Below are positions 32,521-48,561 of a DNA stretch of 64,000 bases, piece after piece. Under the pieces are notes generated by a model. It was not told the origin of the DNA. It did not search any database and saw nothing but the letters and a program-made list of their open reading frames with translations. Each line of letters begins with the position of its first letter. Position 1 is the first letter of the stretch. The position numbers were made by a program, and so were the translations under genes. The stretch is taken from assembly GCF_009914755.1 (NCBI RefSeq), contig NC_060934.1; one strand, written 5' to 3'. This stretch comes from the human T2T-CHM13v2.0 reference genome, Homo sapiens.

Positions 32521-33320
32521 TGTTGGGATCGTCACCACCAAACTAAGCACTGAAAGCTTTAGAGGCAAATGTTATCAAAATTTCAAGGAAGGAATTGTCA
32601 TTCTCTGTAAAATGTTCTAGGGGATAAAAAAGGAGGGAAACCCTTTGCTAGGTTGATCTGGGTACAAGGTTCTGACACATAAAGCACACAAAAAACATTA
32701 TAAAGGAAAGGAAGGAAGACATTTTGATTAGGCTATATGCGGAGAATTTTCTTAAGAGAGGTTATGACAACTTTAAGAATGACAGTTGATGACCTATAAT
32801 GCTGCAGGTAGGAGGTTAAGAATAAACTCTAGGAATAGATGATTACATCTGATTAAGGCAAATTAGAAGCAACAGAAAGGGCTCTAGATATCAATGAAAT
32901 ATAGAGAAGGACATGGAGGCCAAGACTGGGAAAAGCAGGTAAAAAGAAATGGAAGTGGAAAGAGTTAAAAAGGAGTAGGCCAAGTATTGTAGGTATGAAA
33001 GAGAGGGTAAAACAAATACAGCATGTGCTAAAAGGGGTATCCTTGAACAAGAGAGCCATAATAATAAAGAAAAATATCCCAGACACACAAGATGACTTAA
33101 ACCCACAGATGGAAAGGGCTTGCCATGTTCCAGAAATACTGACACATTATCGTCGACACTGGGGTAAACTTCTCAGATCTCTGAGAAAACTGCTGCATGC
33201 AGAAGAGAACAGCCACTCCCAACACCATCACTCCATCTCCTAGGCATTGTACAACCCTAATCCTCTGCTTTCCACCTAGAATGATGGGTGATCCATGTAC
33301 TTACCAAAAGTCACTTCTTG

Positions 33321-33760
33321 GGTCAGGTGTGGTGGCTCACGCCTGTAATCCCAGCACTTTGGGAGGCTGAGGCGGGTGGATCACCTGAGGTCAGGAGTTT
33401 GAGATGAGCCTGGTCAACATGGTGAAACCCCATCTTTACTAAAAATAGAAAAAAGGGCCGGGTGCGGTGGCTTATGCCTGTAGTCCCAGCACTTTGGGAG
33501 GCCAAGGCAGGTGGATCACGAGGTGAGGAGATCGAGACCATCCTGGCTAACACGGTGAAACCCCGTCTCTACTAAAAATACAAAAAAATTAGCCGGGTGT
33601 GGTGGTGGGCGCCTGTAGTCCCAGCTACTCAGGAGGCTGAAGCAGGAGAATGGTGTGAACTCGGGAGGCCGAGCTTGCCGTGAGCAGAGATCGCTCCATT
33701 GCACTCCAGCCTGGGCAACAGAGCGAGACTCTGTCTCAAAAACAAACAAAAAACAAAAAA
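33321..33760 (+). mobile_element. Alu left arm followed directly by a full AluY-like copy
   Basis: Three Alu arms in tandem. Confidence 0.9.
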
Positions 33761-34493
33761 TAACTTCTTCTGCAGCAGATTCACCCACAGTCACCTACTC
33801 AAAGACATCGTCCAGCAATTTTCCCTTTTTCTTCTCTATCATCACGTTTTCTCTCTCTCTGTTGGAATTCTCCTATCAGTCTGCAAGCATGTGACTATGA
33901 TTTCATTTAAGTAACAGCTCGTTTTTTAGACCTCATTTGCCCAGCAAGCTACTCCTTTGCAGGAACACTCTTAGAAAACTTCCTTCATGCTCACTATATC
34001 CAGTTCCTTTCTCTAATATTTCTCGTTCCTTTTCTCACGTTTAAAACTATCAAGTAACTTAACCTAAATTGTTAAGTACAATTGTTGAGCTGTTCAAATT
34101 TTCAACTCCTGTCAACAAAATTCCAAAGAACAAGCTTCTAAGATAAGCACTTCCTGATATTTGATAACATAGGTTAAAATTTCTGTAAATATCTTAAGAG
34201 ATTATACTCAAATCCATATGTTGGAAAACGGTGATGAATAAAATTTTGGCAGTGAGGAAAATAAAAATAACTTTCCATAATAGGGTTATTTTTATCTATA
34301 TAAATCAAGAAAGAATTAACACTTTAGCAATGATCAGAAAAGATGAGGCCCTTGGTATTACTGGGAAAATTTGGAAGAGATAATTAATTTGGGAGAGCTT
34401 CTAGAACAAGTACTCAGAAGTGTTCAATAATAAGTAAAATGACACATATGTAATTGATGTCTTAAGGCTGATGACAGCAGCCCTCCTAAATGA

Positions 34494-34903
<410 letters not shown>

Positions 34904-35154
34904 TAATTTGGAACTTCGGTTATTTAATTAATTAAAAATATTCAGATATATCCTGCAAATAAATACAAAGTTTTTGTACTCAGCATCTTTAGTGCACTTT
35001 CCCACAAGGAGTTGTATGTAAATGAAAAAAATAGATAAATGCAAGCATGTAAATCAACTCCTATTATTAACCATTTACTTAGCTCAAGTTTATTTACACC
35101 TGAATGAAAAGTTCCATTTGCATCAAAAATACATTCGTATACTCTTAAGGCAGT

Positions 35155-35410
35155 GTCCGGCGCAGCGGCTCACGCCTGTAATCCTAGCACTTTGGGAGGC
35201 TGAGGCGGGTGGATTACTTGGGCCCAGGCATCCAGCCTGGACAACAATGGCAAGAGCTATCTCTACAAAAAATACAAAAACTTAGCCAGGCATGGTGGTG
35301 TGCACCTGTAGTCCCAGCTACTCTGGAGGCTGAGATGGGAGAATCGCCTGAGCCTCAGAGGTCAAGGCTGCAGTGAGCTGGGATTGAGCCACTGTACTCC
35401 AGCCTGGATT
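35155..35410 (+). mobile_element. Alu (J-like), 3' truncated
   Basis: Alu consensus. Confidence 0.88.
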
Positions 35411-35619
35411 ACATATATTTGTATATTCCTAAGGCACATAATGGACCTAGGTCACCAAAACTAAAAGATATTCTAGACCAAAATTTTGAATGTAATTTAA
35501 TAACCTTGTACAAACCCTCTACAGCTGCACATTACCAAAGCTAGTATCACTGTACCTAGTGGCTTACTGCCTCATTCAATTGAAAAGATCAAACTAATTC
35601 AATCCTGCTCTCCAAAGAA

Positions 35620-35818
35620 CACTTTTTCTGAATGGGCTCTCAGACTTTTCCTGAATGGGCTCTCAGATTCTGCTTTCCTAAGAAAGTGTGTTGAGGTAGT
35701 TCTTTTTCTGAATGGGCTCTCAGATTCTGCTCTCCTAAGAAAGAGTGTTGAGGTAGTTCTTTTTCTGAATGGGCTCTCAGATTCTGCTTTCCTAAGAAAG
35801 TGTGTTGAGCTGTAGTTC
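35620..35818. repeat. ~57-bp minisatellite (~3 copies plus a partial)
   Basis: ctgaatgggctctcagattctgct.tcctaagaaag.gtgttgaggtagttcttttt repeated. Confidence 0.9.
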
Positions 35819-36306
35819 TACAGCATTGTTCAATGCAAAGATAGGGTTGGCTGTAGGTTTTCAGAAGGTGACCTTTATCAGGTTGAAGAAGTTCCCTTCT
35901 CGTCTTACTTTCTTGAGATTTTATCATGAATTGATGTTGAGTTTTGTCAAATGTTTTTTCTGCATTTCTACTGAAATGAGTCTTGTGTGGTCTTTTCCCC
36001 TTTATTCTAGCAATATGGTGTATCATATTAATTGATTTTCAGATGTTAAACTAGCCTTGCTTTCTTGAAATAAATCCCACTTGGGCATGGAGTATATTCT
36101 TTTTATATGTTGCTGGTTTCTGTTAATATTTTAAGATTTTTGTATCTGGATTCGTGATTGATAATAGTTATTCTTGTAATACCTATTATAAATAGTTACT
36201 GTGTGGCTTGGCCAAATACTGGAGGAGGTGAATTGTATGGATTCAGTAGCAAATTGCAGATTCATTTGAGAGGGCTGCTGTCATCAGCCTTAAGATATCA
36301 ATCACA

Positions 36307-36595
36307 CTGGGCGCAGTGGCTCACACCTGTAATCCCAGCACTTTGGGTGGCCGAGGTGGGTGGATCACAAGGTCAGGAGTTCAAGACCAGCCTGGCCAAC
36401 ATGGTGAAACCACATCTCTACTAAAAATACAAAAATTAGCCAGGCATGGTGGCAGGCACCTGTAATCCCAGCTACTCGGGAGGCTGAGGCAGAGAATTGC
36501 TTGAACTGAGGAGGTGGAGGTTGCAGTGAGCTGAGATCGTGCCATTACACTCCAGCCTGGGCAACAGAGCAAGACAATGACTCAAAAAAAAAAAA
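36307..36595 (+). mobile_element. Alu (S-like)
   Basis: TSD atatcaatcaca. Confidence 0.92.
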
Positions 36596-36707
36596 TATCA
36601 ATCACATATGTGTCATTTTACTTATTACTGAACATTTCTCAATAGAAATCTTTTTGCTATATTTGAGATATCCCGTTTTCTTCTGCATATACTTTTGGGA
36701 GGTAGGA

Positions 36708-36925
36708 TAACTAAAAATATTATATATAAAATATAAAATAACAATATATAAAATAACTAATATGATAACTAATATAACTATATATAGCTATATATACCTA
36801 CATATAACTGCAATATAACCATAATATATAAAATAATTAATATAACATATAGATTAGTTATAAAATAATATATATAAAACTAATAAAATAACACCAATAT
36901 ATAAAAAATATAAAATAACTAAAAT
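36708..36925. repeat. AT-rich low-complexity tract (ATATAA/ATAACT motifs)
   Basis: Seen directly. Confidence 0.9.
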
Positions 36926-37009
36926 ACATTGGTATAGTTTCTTGTAATAACCAAAAGAAAGTGTTCCTTTTTCCTCTATTTCTTGGAAGTGCTTATGAAG
37001 GACTGGTAA

Positions 37010-37315
<306 letters not shown>

Positions 37316-37519
37316 AATACTTCTTCTTTAAATGTTTGGTAGAACTCACTAGTGAGGCCACTGGGCCTTGTCTTTTCTTCATGGGAAGATTTTAATTACT
37401 ATGCCTTAGCTGGGTAATACAAAGATGTACCTGCATTATTTCGGATTTTCGTCATTTGTGCATTCTCTCTGTTCTTCTTGATCATTCTAGTTAATGGCTT
37501 TTTCCAACTTTGTTGCTCC

Positions 37520-37808
37520 TTTTTTTTTTTTTGAGACAGTCTCACTCTGTTGCCCAGGGTGAAGTGCAGTGGTGCGATCTTGGCTCACCGCAACCTCTGC
37601 CTCCCGGGTTCAAGCAATTCTTGTCCCTCAGCCCCCTCCCCCTGCCTGTCCCTCCTTCCTCCTGCTGAGTAGCTGCGATTACAGGCACACACCACCATGC
37701 CCGGCTAATTTTTGTAGAGATGGGGTTTCACCATGTCACCCAGGCTGCTCTCAAACTCCTAGCCTCAAGTGATCTGCCAATCTTGGCCTCCCAAAGTGCT
37801 GGGATCAC
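37520..37808 (-). mobile_element. Alu with a C/T-rich internal insertion
   Basis: Alu consensus. Confidence 0.88.
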
Positions 37809-38024
37809 TAGAAGCTTTTCAATTTTTTTATTCCAAAGCAATCTGATGCAGTTTTTGCTATATTTGAGATATCTCATTTTCTTCTGCATATGCTATTGGG
37901 AGATAGGAAAGATTTTGGAAAATGTGTAAGAAAAAGGAAGATACTAAAAACATACTAAGATTGTATGTAGGGAAAGGTTACAACTCTAACTTTGATAATG
38001 TGCATTAAATCGACAAATCCTTGA

Positions 38025-38404
<380 letters not shown>

Positions 38405-39360
38405 GTAAGTTCATTATTAAAATGGGCCCCATATCCACGTGAATAGGGGTCAGTCTCAGACTTAGCTTTAATTTTCAGCCATGAGAAGACTACTGCTCTT
38501 CCTCCAACACTCACTTCTCTATTTTCTCTATCGTTTGATCCTGTCTCCTGTACAACTGGGTGGTATTTAACCATGTTTAGGCTCAGGTATAACCCAAGCT
38601 CTGAAACTGTAATAGAAAATTAAGTAAATGAAAGGCAAAAAATGAAAGACTTAATAAGGTTTAAGCTGTTATTCATCTAGGAGGCTGAATAACAATACAT
38701 ATACATGTTTTTGTTGTTTATGTGTATATATTTTTTATGAATAGAGTTGTTCCTATTATGTTGTATCTTGTAATAATTATTAATGACAAGGTTCATAAAT
38801 AGCTAGATGTTAACATAACTGGCCAAACTCCAGTGACAAGGGCCCTGTTACAATCAGTAGGACCAACCTGCTAAGACCTGAGCTCAGAGCTCAGGGATGG
38901 CCAAGGTCAAGGCCCAGTGGTTGTGACGAGATGCCAGGAAACCTTACCCACTGCATGCCTGTGTTGTGCCATGGTGCTGTAAGTAGTCTCTTTGGGTACA
39001 CTGCCAGTAGGCTTTTGGCATACATGTATGGGCTAGTATTTTCAGGCCAAAAAACTATCCCTGTCTCATTGTTTACTATTTTTGTGCAGCAATTTGGTTT
39101 TACTGTTGGTTCTTACTCTGGTCTTGCCCCAAGTTCAATACTTTGGTTCTTCTCTTCTCCCTAAACTTTCCCTGTCCTGATTCCCTGAGAACAATTCCCT
39201 TTTCTCTGAATTGGGATCCTATTTCTACCCCTTGCATACATACCCCTCCTAATTCTTCTGGGTAAATTTCTATGCCCATTAACTCTAGACATACATTTGT
39301 AAATTACTGAGACCCTAAATTGAGAATTATGTTTGCCATTACTTTTAAAAGTGTAATCTG

Positions 39361-39632
39361 AATCCCAGCACTTTGGGAGGCCGAGGCGGGCGGATCACGA
39401 GGTCAGGAGATCCAGACCATCCAGACTAACACGGTGAAACCCCGTCTCTACTAAAAATACAAAAAAATTAGCCGGGCGTGGTGGCGGGCGCCTGTAGTCC
39501 CAGCTACTCAGAGGCTGAGGCAGGAGAATGGCGTGAACCCGGGAGGCGGAGCTTGCAGTGAGCCGAGATCGCACCACTGGACTCCAGCCTGGGCGAAGGA
39601 GCGAGACTCCGTCTCAAAAAAAAAAAAAAAAG
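39361..39632 (+). mobile_element. Alu (Y-like), 5' truncated, CpG-rich
   Basis: TSD aaaagtgtaatctg. Confidence 0.93.
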
Positions 39633-41134
39633 TGTAATCTGTTTTTTTGCCTCCTGAAATCACTTATGTATAAACACATTAAAGTGGGTCACCGTGTCAC
39701 GTCTTGGGCTTCCTGGGACAAGAATCAAATGGCACATGCCTGGCCAAAGTGCTCAGATCAATCTGCAAACCATGGTCACAGAGCCAGTCACAGAGTCTTA
39801 CGGCTTTCATTGTAGCTTCTCTGTGGAATATCTTCAAGGACATGTGTGTGCTTTAGGATGTTCACGTGTCATGATTAAGTTGTAAATTTCAAAAATTCTA
39901 AGAATGCCTATTGTTGGCCAGAAGTATAAAAATTGGAAAGATTTTAATAAAATCATCTTTCAATCTTACTTAAATAGGTCTATGAAGTCTCCATCTCTTC
40001 CTCTGGAAAGTAACGTAAGGGCTGTGAAGAACATTGTCCATAATGAAACTGAGAAGGGCTGTTCTCCCTGGGAACAGAAAGGTCACTGTCTTTGCTCAAC
40101 AAACAGCCTAAAGCCAGGAACGCAGGCCTCCCCAGGCCTCTTGGCCGCCTCTCAAGCTTCCTCAATAAAAAATTCACATGGAAGACATTCTAGTCTATCT
40201 TCTCTTCCTTCTTTCTTCCCTTTAGCTAATAATTATTGAGTGCTGATTATGTTCTGGACACAGTTCTAGAATTTCTGTGATAAGAAACAGAGACCCCAGC
40301 AGTGATTCTCTGCTGGGGCCGATGGCTCTCAGGGACATCCTTCAAAACAGGGCCCATTTGGTTCTTTAAAAAAAATAATGTCCAGTTTCTCTAAAAATTC
40401 TGTCATGACTTTTATTTCTTTGATGTTAAGCTTTGTGTCTTAGGTTTCAGCGTGCTGACGTTCTCTGGGCCCTGAAGTCACTGCTGCTGGCTGGTGTGCT
40501 GGCCACTTGGTCGTGCTGGCCTGTCTCCCACCGGGTGGATGCCCAGCGAGCTCTGGATGCTGTGTATGACAAAGACATGGGGGTTGTTTGGAGTCTGTGA
40601 TGTGCTATTGTCCTCCACATAATGGTTTTCTGCAAGAAACTAGAGAAGTAACTATCTCAGATTTCCCTAATAAAAACAGGTTTTGAGCCAATTCCAGGCT
40701 GGCCCTAAATTCCTCTTCCTAGCACGTGAAGCCTGGGAAGCTCTCCGTGGGCCTTGCCCTCGCAGCTCTCACCCCTGGTCTCTGCTCCCCCATTCCTGTC
40801 TGGCTATTGGAAGCACCTCTCCATTGCCCAGCCTCTCTGCTCATTTACTGGAACTGGGCAATGCCCCTTGGGAAAAGCAGCACAGGTTTTCTTCTCCTAG
40901 ATTTTGCCCTATGCTTCTTTTCAGAGCTATTTGGTCTCTGACATTCTCTCTCAGGTTTTTCCAGCGCTCTTGGGAGGTGGGCTGTGCCACTGCCTGGCCC
41001 ACCTGGCCCACCTGGCCCACCATTACCTGAAGGGAAGCATGAACAGCCTTTGACGTGGGAGTGGCGACTGCTGAGAGGGAACCGTCTGTACACAAGCAAT
41101 GTAGCCTTATGGGACCTGTGAGTATATGCTTAAG

Positions 41135-41458
<324 letters not shown>

Positions 41459-42129
41459 TTATTCATAATTTACTCAAAGTCACTGAGCTCCGACTTCATG
41501 CTGGTGATTCAGATTTGAGTCCTGGGAAGATCATCTGAGATGACGTTTAAGCCAAGGGTTTAAATGAGTCATATTCAGCCAGGTGCAGACTAAGGCAGTG
41601 CAGGTTCCAGGCAGAAGGGAAAGCACGTGGACACGCTGAGATGCAGGCAAGGCCTCACAGCCAGAGCTGGCTTCTCACCTGGCGTGGGAACACCTTTCCT
41701 CTTCAGACTCTGTGAGTTCCTTTTAATCTGCGTCAGGGCATGTGATTGAGCAGCACGTGACCAACCCCACTGCGGCATCTGTCCCCCGTGGGGTGGGGGT
41801 GGGGACAGAGTTCTTTTCCTACAGCATAAGTGTGTCATGTCAACCAACGCCGTGTCAGCTGCCTGCAGGGGCCCACGGGCATGGGGACCCGACGTACACC
41901 GTGGGAGCTGACCTTTCTTTCTTCTCTCAGGAGTGGAGCCCCAACCCACGCAGGGCGTGTCTTCATGGCTTTTCCTGGCCAATCTGATACCAAGATGCAG
42001 TGGCCAGAAGTACCTGCACTTCCACTCCTGTCAAGGTGAGATGCCACTTGCTCTCCACTGATTCTCTATCAGTGCTGAGCTCTGTTCTCTAGAGCTCACG
42101 GATTCTATATTGTGTTAAGCTGTCACTTA

Positions 42130-43420
42130 AAAGTGCACAAATTGTTTCAATCAATCCTAACATATTCACCCATGTAATTAACACCCTATCAACATAGAGA
42201 ACACTTCGAAAATCACAAGGCTCCCTGCGCCCCCTGGAAGTAGCTTCTATTCTTGCCTACATCTTAATTGGTTTCGCCTGTTTTTGACCTTTATTTCACT
42301 GGAATCACGTATGCCTTTTGTATCCGGCTTCTTCCACTCAAGATTGGGTCTGTGGATTTACTCACACTGCTGTGTATAGCAGGACTGCTCCCGCGGCATG
42401 GCAGCATCCGATTGTGCAGACACCAAGGCTGATGTAACCACTGCAGATGTTCTGCAGGGGCGTCCCTGGGATAGAGACTGGACATGTAGCAAAGAGCTCC
42501 GTGAGCGTGAGCGAGGCAAGCCCTGAACCCACACTGTATCACCTACTTATAGGGCAGTGCATAAAAATCTGGGAAACACCTTGTTTCTCAAAGTAACAAC
42601 GAATATGTCAGTGACTTCCCAGCCCAAGAATATGCTGCATTCGTTCGCTGCTTAGTTAGTAAAATGGCAACAAAAGAAGGCAGAACCACGCACATTTGTC
42701 TCCTGCCAGGTCTGACTCGTTTGACTTTAGTAGATAGTGGCCAACAGCTTCATGGTAGCAGGCATGCTCAGAAGCAGTTACTTTATATTCCGTCAACACT
42801 TGGTGATGTTGGTCTTTTAAATTCGGGTTTCAATTTGCACCTACCCTGTGATTAATGAGGTTAAGCTTCTTTTCATGTTTAACACCCAAATTTTAATAGA
42901 CTTTATTCTTTCGACCAGTTCAGGTTCACAGCAAAATTGGGTGGAAGGTAGACAGTTTCCATAAACCCCCAGCCCCTCCACACACACAGACTCCCCCACT
43001 ATCTACATCCTCATCGGAGTGGTCCATTTGTTACAGCCGATAGACGTACGTCAACACATCATTATCACCTGGAGTCCAGTTTACATGAGGCTTGCTCTTG
43101 GTGTTGGACAAATGCATAATGACCTATATCCACCAATTCAGTACCATGCAGAAGAGTTTCACTGCCCTAAAAATCCTGTGCCCTGCCCACTCATTCCTCC
43201 CTCCCCTGTCACCCCTGGCTTTTTACTGTTTCCAGTTTTCCTTTACTGGAATGTTGGAGAACTGGACTCCTTCAGGATGTAGCCTTTCATGCTTCTTTCA
43301 GCAACATGCACCTAACTTTCCTCCCTGTCTTTGTGGCTTGATAGCTCATTTCTTTTTAGTGCCAAATAACATCCTACTGTCTGGATATATCAGTTTACTT
43401 ATGCATTCACCTATATGCAT
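42130..43420 (-). mobile_element. Old L1 (L1MC/MD/ME-type) 3' fragments
   Basis: ttttaatagactttatt...aggttcacagcaaaattg signature. Confidence 0.65.
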
Positions 43421-43782
43421 ATAAAATAGAGGAGAGAATGCGGTGTTGGAGATTTACGTTTGGGAGTCTAAACCATGTATGGTAAATAAGTATAATGTGT
43501 GAAAATTGTAAAGCAGAAAGCTGTCAGGATACCTGAATACACACAAATACACACTTCAGTTCACGCTATAAAATGTTATAAAATGTGTAAGTACATACTT
43601 AGGGCTGAAAAAGCACCCAGAGAGGAAGGGTGAAGAAGAGGTGTATCTGAAATAATAAAAAGAAAATCTGTCAAGAGGGGATCTAGAGTACCTCATCCCA
43701 TGAGGAACTCCCAACCCTAGTGAGGGTCCAACGGACAGATCCAAGTGAGAGGATGAAACCACTGCACAAGCACCCCCTAAGG

Positions 43783-44410
43783 GGCAGGTGGAGGGCAGTT
43801 CCCACAGGGACCCACTTCGGGTACAACCTGGGCTTGTCCCCAGGGAGCAGGTGGAGGGCAGTTCCCACAGGGACGCACTGCGGGTACGACCTGGACGTGT
43901 CCCCAGGGAGCAGGTGGAGGGCAGTTCCCACAGGGACGCACTGCGGGTACGACCTGGACGTGTCCCCAGGGAGCAGGTGGAGGGCAGTTCCTACAGGGAC
44001 GCACTGCGGGTACGACCTGGACTTGTCCCCATGGAGCAGGTGGAGGGCAGGTCCCACAGGGACGCACTGCGGGTACGACCTGGACTTGTCCCCAGGGAGC
44101 AGGTGGAGGGCAGGTCCCACAGGGACGCACTGCGGGTACGACCTGGACTTGTCCCCAGGGAGCAGGTGGAGGGCAGTTCCCACAGGGACGCACTGCGGGT
44201 ACGACCTGGACTTGTCCCCAGGGAGCAGGTGGAGGGCAGTTCCCACAGGGACGCACTGCGGGTACGACCTGGACTTGTCCCCAGGGAGCAGGTGGAGGGC
44301 AGTTCCCACAGGGACGCACTGCGGGTACGACCTGGACGTGTCCCCAGGGAGCAGGTGGAGGGCAGTTCCCACAGGGATGCACTGCGGGTACGACCTGGAC
44401 TTGTCCCCAG
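43783..44410. repeat. 63-bp GC-rich VNTR (~10 copies)
   Basis: Unit gcaggtggagggcagttcccacagggacgcactgcgggtacgacctggacttgtccccaggga; 21-aa periodic ORFs. Confidence 0.97.
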
Positions 44411-45189
44411 GTGCCAGGGCCAAGTAAGAAGAAAATGTGCCTTCCTTCCTATTATACCATTTTCTGTTTTGGTCTTGTTCTCTTGATAATATAGGTAGGG
44501 AAACAGAATCAGCAATTATTAGAAGGCCACCTCTACTTTGTCCTTAAAGGAGTTGGCAATGGTTTGACCAGAATCAAAGAAGTATATATTTTGAAGATTA
44601 AGAGTTTAAAACAGTTTAAGAAAAAAAAAATTTATAGGTACCATTTAGCTTTCTAGTTGAAAACCAACACATCTGCCTTTGGGGTCAGAAGCAGCTATAT
44701 CTAGGAGAGGGATACTCCTCTTTATAAAAGATGAAGGAGTTCTAAGGAGTTTATCAGGTCAAAAGACATTCCTTACATTTTCTGGATGGCATCCTAGTAA
44801 TATTACAACAGTAGTATCTAACTCTTGCTAAGTACTTAACAAGGTGCTGGGTAGCAGTCTAAGGGTCCCATGTCCAATTCAGTAGCCATGGCAACTCATA
44901 GTTATCACATAACTAATTATATGTGGCTTTCAGCCTAAAACTTCCTAGAAAATAAAACTAAAAAAATTAGAAACAATATTATAAATGCAACGGAAACTAT
45001 ACAGGCAATATCCTATTAGTGTATCAAAATTTTAACAAACTAAACACAGTATTAAATTGCAATTTTTTTTACTTTTCAATAAAATACTTGCTAAACAGTC
45101 TTGTCTGAAATTATAAATTGCCCAAAGTTAACCATAAATGAGTCATTCTATTGAATTTAACAAACATTTAACTTTGCAAGAAATAAATT

Positions 45190-46072
45190 TTTATTTTTCT
45201 TCATTATCATACAGCATTTAAGAATAATAAATCTGTCTTGAGGTTTCAAATCTGAGATATCTATGGCAAGTTTATAAAAAGTACATTGATCAAGGTACAA
45301 TTTTTAACATTAATATACATATTCCATAATCTCATCTATTTAACATTAACACAGGCCTTTGTTGTTGTTATTTTTTTCTCCCTACAATATTTCCTGACTC
45401 TGTAGGACAGTGGTCCTCAGTTGGGGGTTGACTCTGTCCCCTAGGGGCATCTGGCAACATCCGGCATAACTGTGGGTGTCACATGAGAGGGACGCTGCTC
45501 ACCATCCTGCAATGCACAGCACAGACCCCACCACAGGGGTTTTATCCAGCCCAAATGTCAACAGTGTCAAGTTTAAGCAACTCTTACCGAGTGGGACTCA
45601 ATTCCCATTTTATGAACACCTCTGTGCTCACTGTAATTCTGAAAACACAGACTTTGCTAACTGGTAAATACTATTTACAAGAAGATTCAACCTAATCAAT
45701 ATCACTTATCAAAAGCAGTGGCTGACTGTAAGTATCAACATGTTTCCAGAATGAATAAACCACACAATCAACTCAGAATGATACAAATTAGGGTCCATAT
45801 CATTTAATTTCCCTTGAACCTGCTCTGCTAGTTTAATCTGCTAATATGAAAGTTAATTAAGACTGTTTTGAAGGAGCGAGACAATAGTTTCCTTTGCACA
45901 TTTTTCTGAACTATGAGAAAAATTTAATGATACATAAAGCACCTGGCAAATAGCAAGTCCTCTGCAAGTGCTCCGGAAATGTTTATCACAGCCTACTAAA
46001 AACACAGAGTTTCACTCATTTGTTCAAATTTCCCATAAGTATGTATCTGCAAAGATTAAATTAAGTTTTATT
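45190..46072 (-). terminator. IDI1: IDI1 alternative polyadenylation signals
   Basis: AATAAA on the minus strand at 46072-46067 and 45195-45190. Confidence 0.6.
45408..45585. mobile_element. MER20 DNA transposon in the long IDI1 3' UTR
   Basis: cagtggtcctcag...ggggcatctggcaa...catcctgcaatgcacag...tatccagcccaaatgtcaacagtg. Confidence 0.8.
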
Positions 46073-46332
46073 TGCTCGCTCTCATTTTACAATAATCTCT
46101 CACAAATGTCGCTTAGAAACAGAACACATATCCAGGGTGTGTGATACAAAATTATAAGTTAGTTTTTTCCACACAAGTTTTAAAGTATCAGTGTATATAA
46201 TACATTAATGATAGTACCAAATGATAGAACTAAATTTAATGATAAATTAATGATAGAACTAAATTTAAAAGGAAAAAGTCATTCTAAGTTTGTTAAGCAG
46301 ATAAATTTTTCTGTAATCATTTACCTACATAT

Positions 46333-46650
<318 letters not shown>

Positions 46651-46930
46651 CTAAGACATTAAAAAAAAAAAAGTAATTAAAACATCGGCCACCGTAACAA
46701 AAAAAATCTAAAATTAGCTCACTGTATTACAGCGATATCTCGAACAGCAGTATAGTTTTAGGATTAGAACTTGGTTAAAGCATTAATCTCCTATCAATGG
46801 TATATGGAAATCTTAATATTATATATGGAAAAATGATTACATCATTAGTTTCAAGTGTTTGCGTTTTTTTCCCGATCAGATAAGTTTTTTTTTTTTTAAT
46901 GTTAAAAAAAGGGGCAGTCACTCAAACTAG

Positions 46931-47297
<367 letters not shown>

Positions 47298-47438
47298 TAG
47301 ATAAGAAATACTTTATTTATCCAGGTCTTATTTAAGGGGGACAATTCCAAGAAAAAAAATGATTTCAATTAAACCAATGAGATTTATGGTTCATATTCCT
47401 AAGAGTTTCCATCAGAAAATCTTCACCTTTTTTGTAGG

Positions 47439-47501
47439 TGGGGAGTTTTAGGTGAGAACTGGAAAACCTGTCAGTTAAATTCTACAAGAGCTGTAACACT
47501 T
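47439..47501 (-). pseudogene. U7 snRNA retropseudogene in IDI1 intron 4
   Basis: Minus strand AAGTGTTACAGCTCTTGTAGAATTTAACTGACAGGTTTTCCAGTTCTCACCTAAAACTCCCC matches the U7 5' end; Sm site degenerate; short A tail follows. Confidence 0.85.
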
Positions 47502-47657
47502 GAAAATACTCATCTTAGATTTGATCAATTATAGAAATATTCAACCTTATATAGTGCTTAACAGATCAATCCATCCCCGTATTGAGCTAAGTTTTGACAA
47601 GTGATATTAAGAAATTAAAATTTAAATAATCTTTATTCAAGATGGTTTGTGGGGCTA

Positions 47658-47945
<288 letters not shown>

Positions 47946-48002
47946 TCAAAGTAGGTCTGAAAGATCAAGAAAAAGTTTTATAAGTAACTGAAAAATGAAA
48001 TG

Positions 48003-48137
48003 ATTTTTAAGGATTTTAAAATCAGTTATAATGGGCTATCAGTAATTATTTTAAGGATTTTAAAATTGGTTATAATGGGCTATCAGTAATTATTTTAAGG
48101 ATTTTAAAATTGGTTATAATGGGCTATCAGTAATTAT
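48003..48137. repeat. 44-bp minisatellite (3 copies) in IDI1 intron 3
   Basis: ttttaaggattttaaaat..gttataatgggctatcagtaatta x3. Confidence 0.93.
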
Positions 48138-48444
48138 GTTGTGAAACAGACTACATTTGTAGGTAGGTTCCTTATTAATACTTCTTTAACCAAAAAAGAT
48201 CAAAGTGTAGATAATACAGATTAAAGATAAATATGTAAATTATACATATTGCCCAATTGCTTACTAGTTCTTATTTTTTCTTGCTGTTGTATTAGGTTGC
48301 ACTCATTGTGTAAACTCACTTTATGCAGAATATAAAATTATGCCATTCACAGGATTTCCCTTTGTGACCTTGGCTCCAAGAATTCAGAATGATAAAAAGT
48401 CAAATTAATGTACAAACACAATATTGTACATTAAAAGTGTACTA

Positions 48445-48561
<117 letters not shown>

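Noticed and set aside
36711-36720. MEF2-like CTAAAAATAT
   Set aside because: Imperfect match inside an AT-rich low-complexity tract, expected by chance
40841-41099. Minus-strand ORFs with VGQVGQVGQ / GPGGPGGPG, a possible third IDI copy or unknown exon
   Set aside because: No similarity to IDI; explained by a 9-bp triplication; splice signals fit a + strand antisense exon better
43683-44515. 174-246 aa ORFs in five frames
   Set aside because: Products of the 63-bp VNTR; a unit length divisible by 3 keeps frames open
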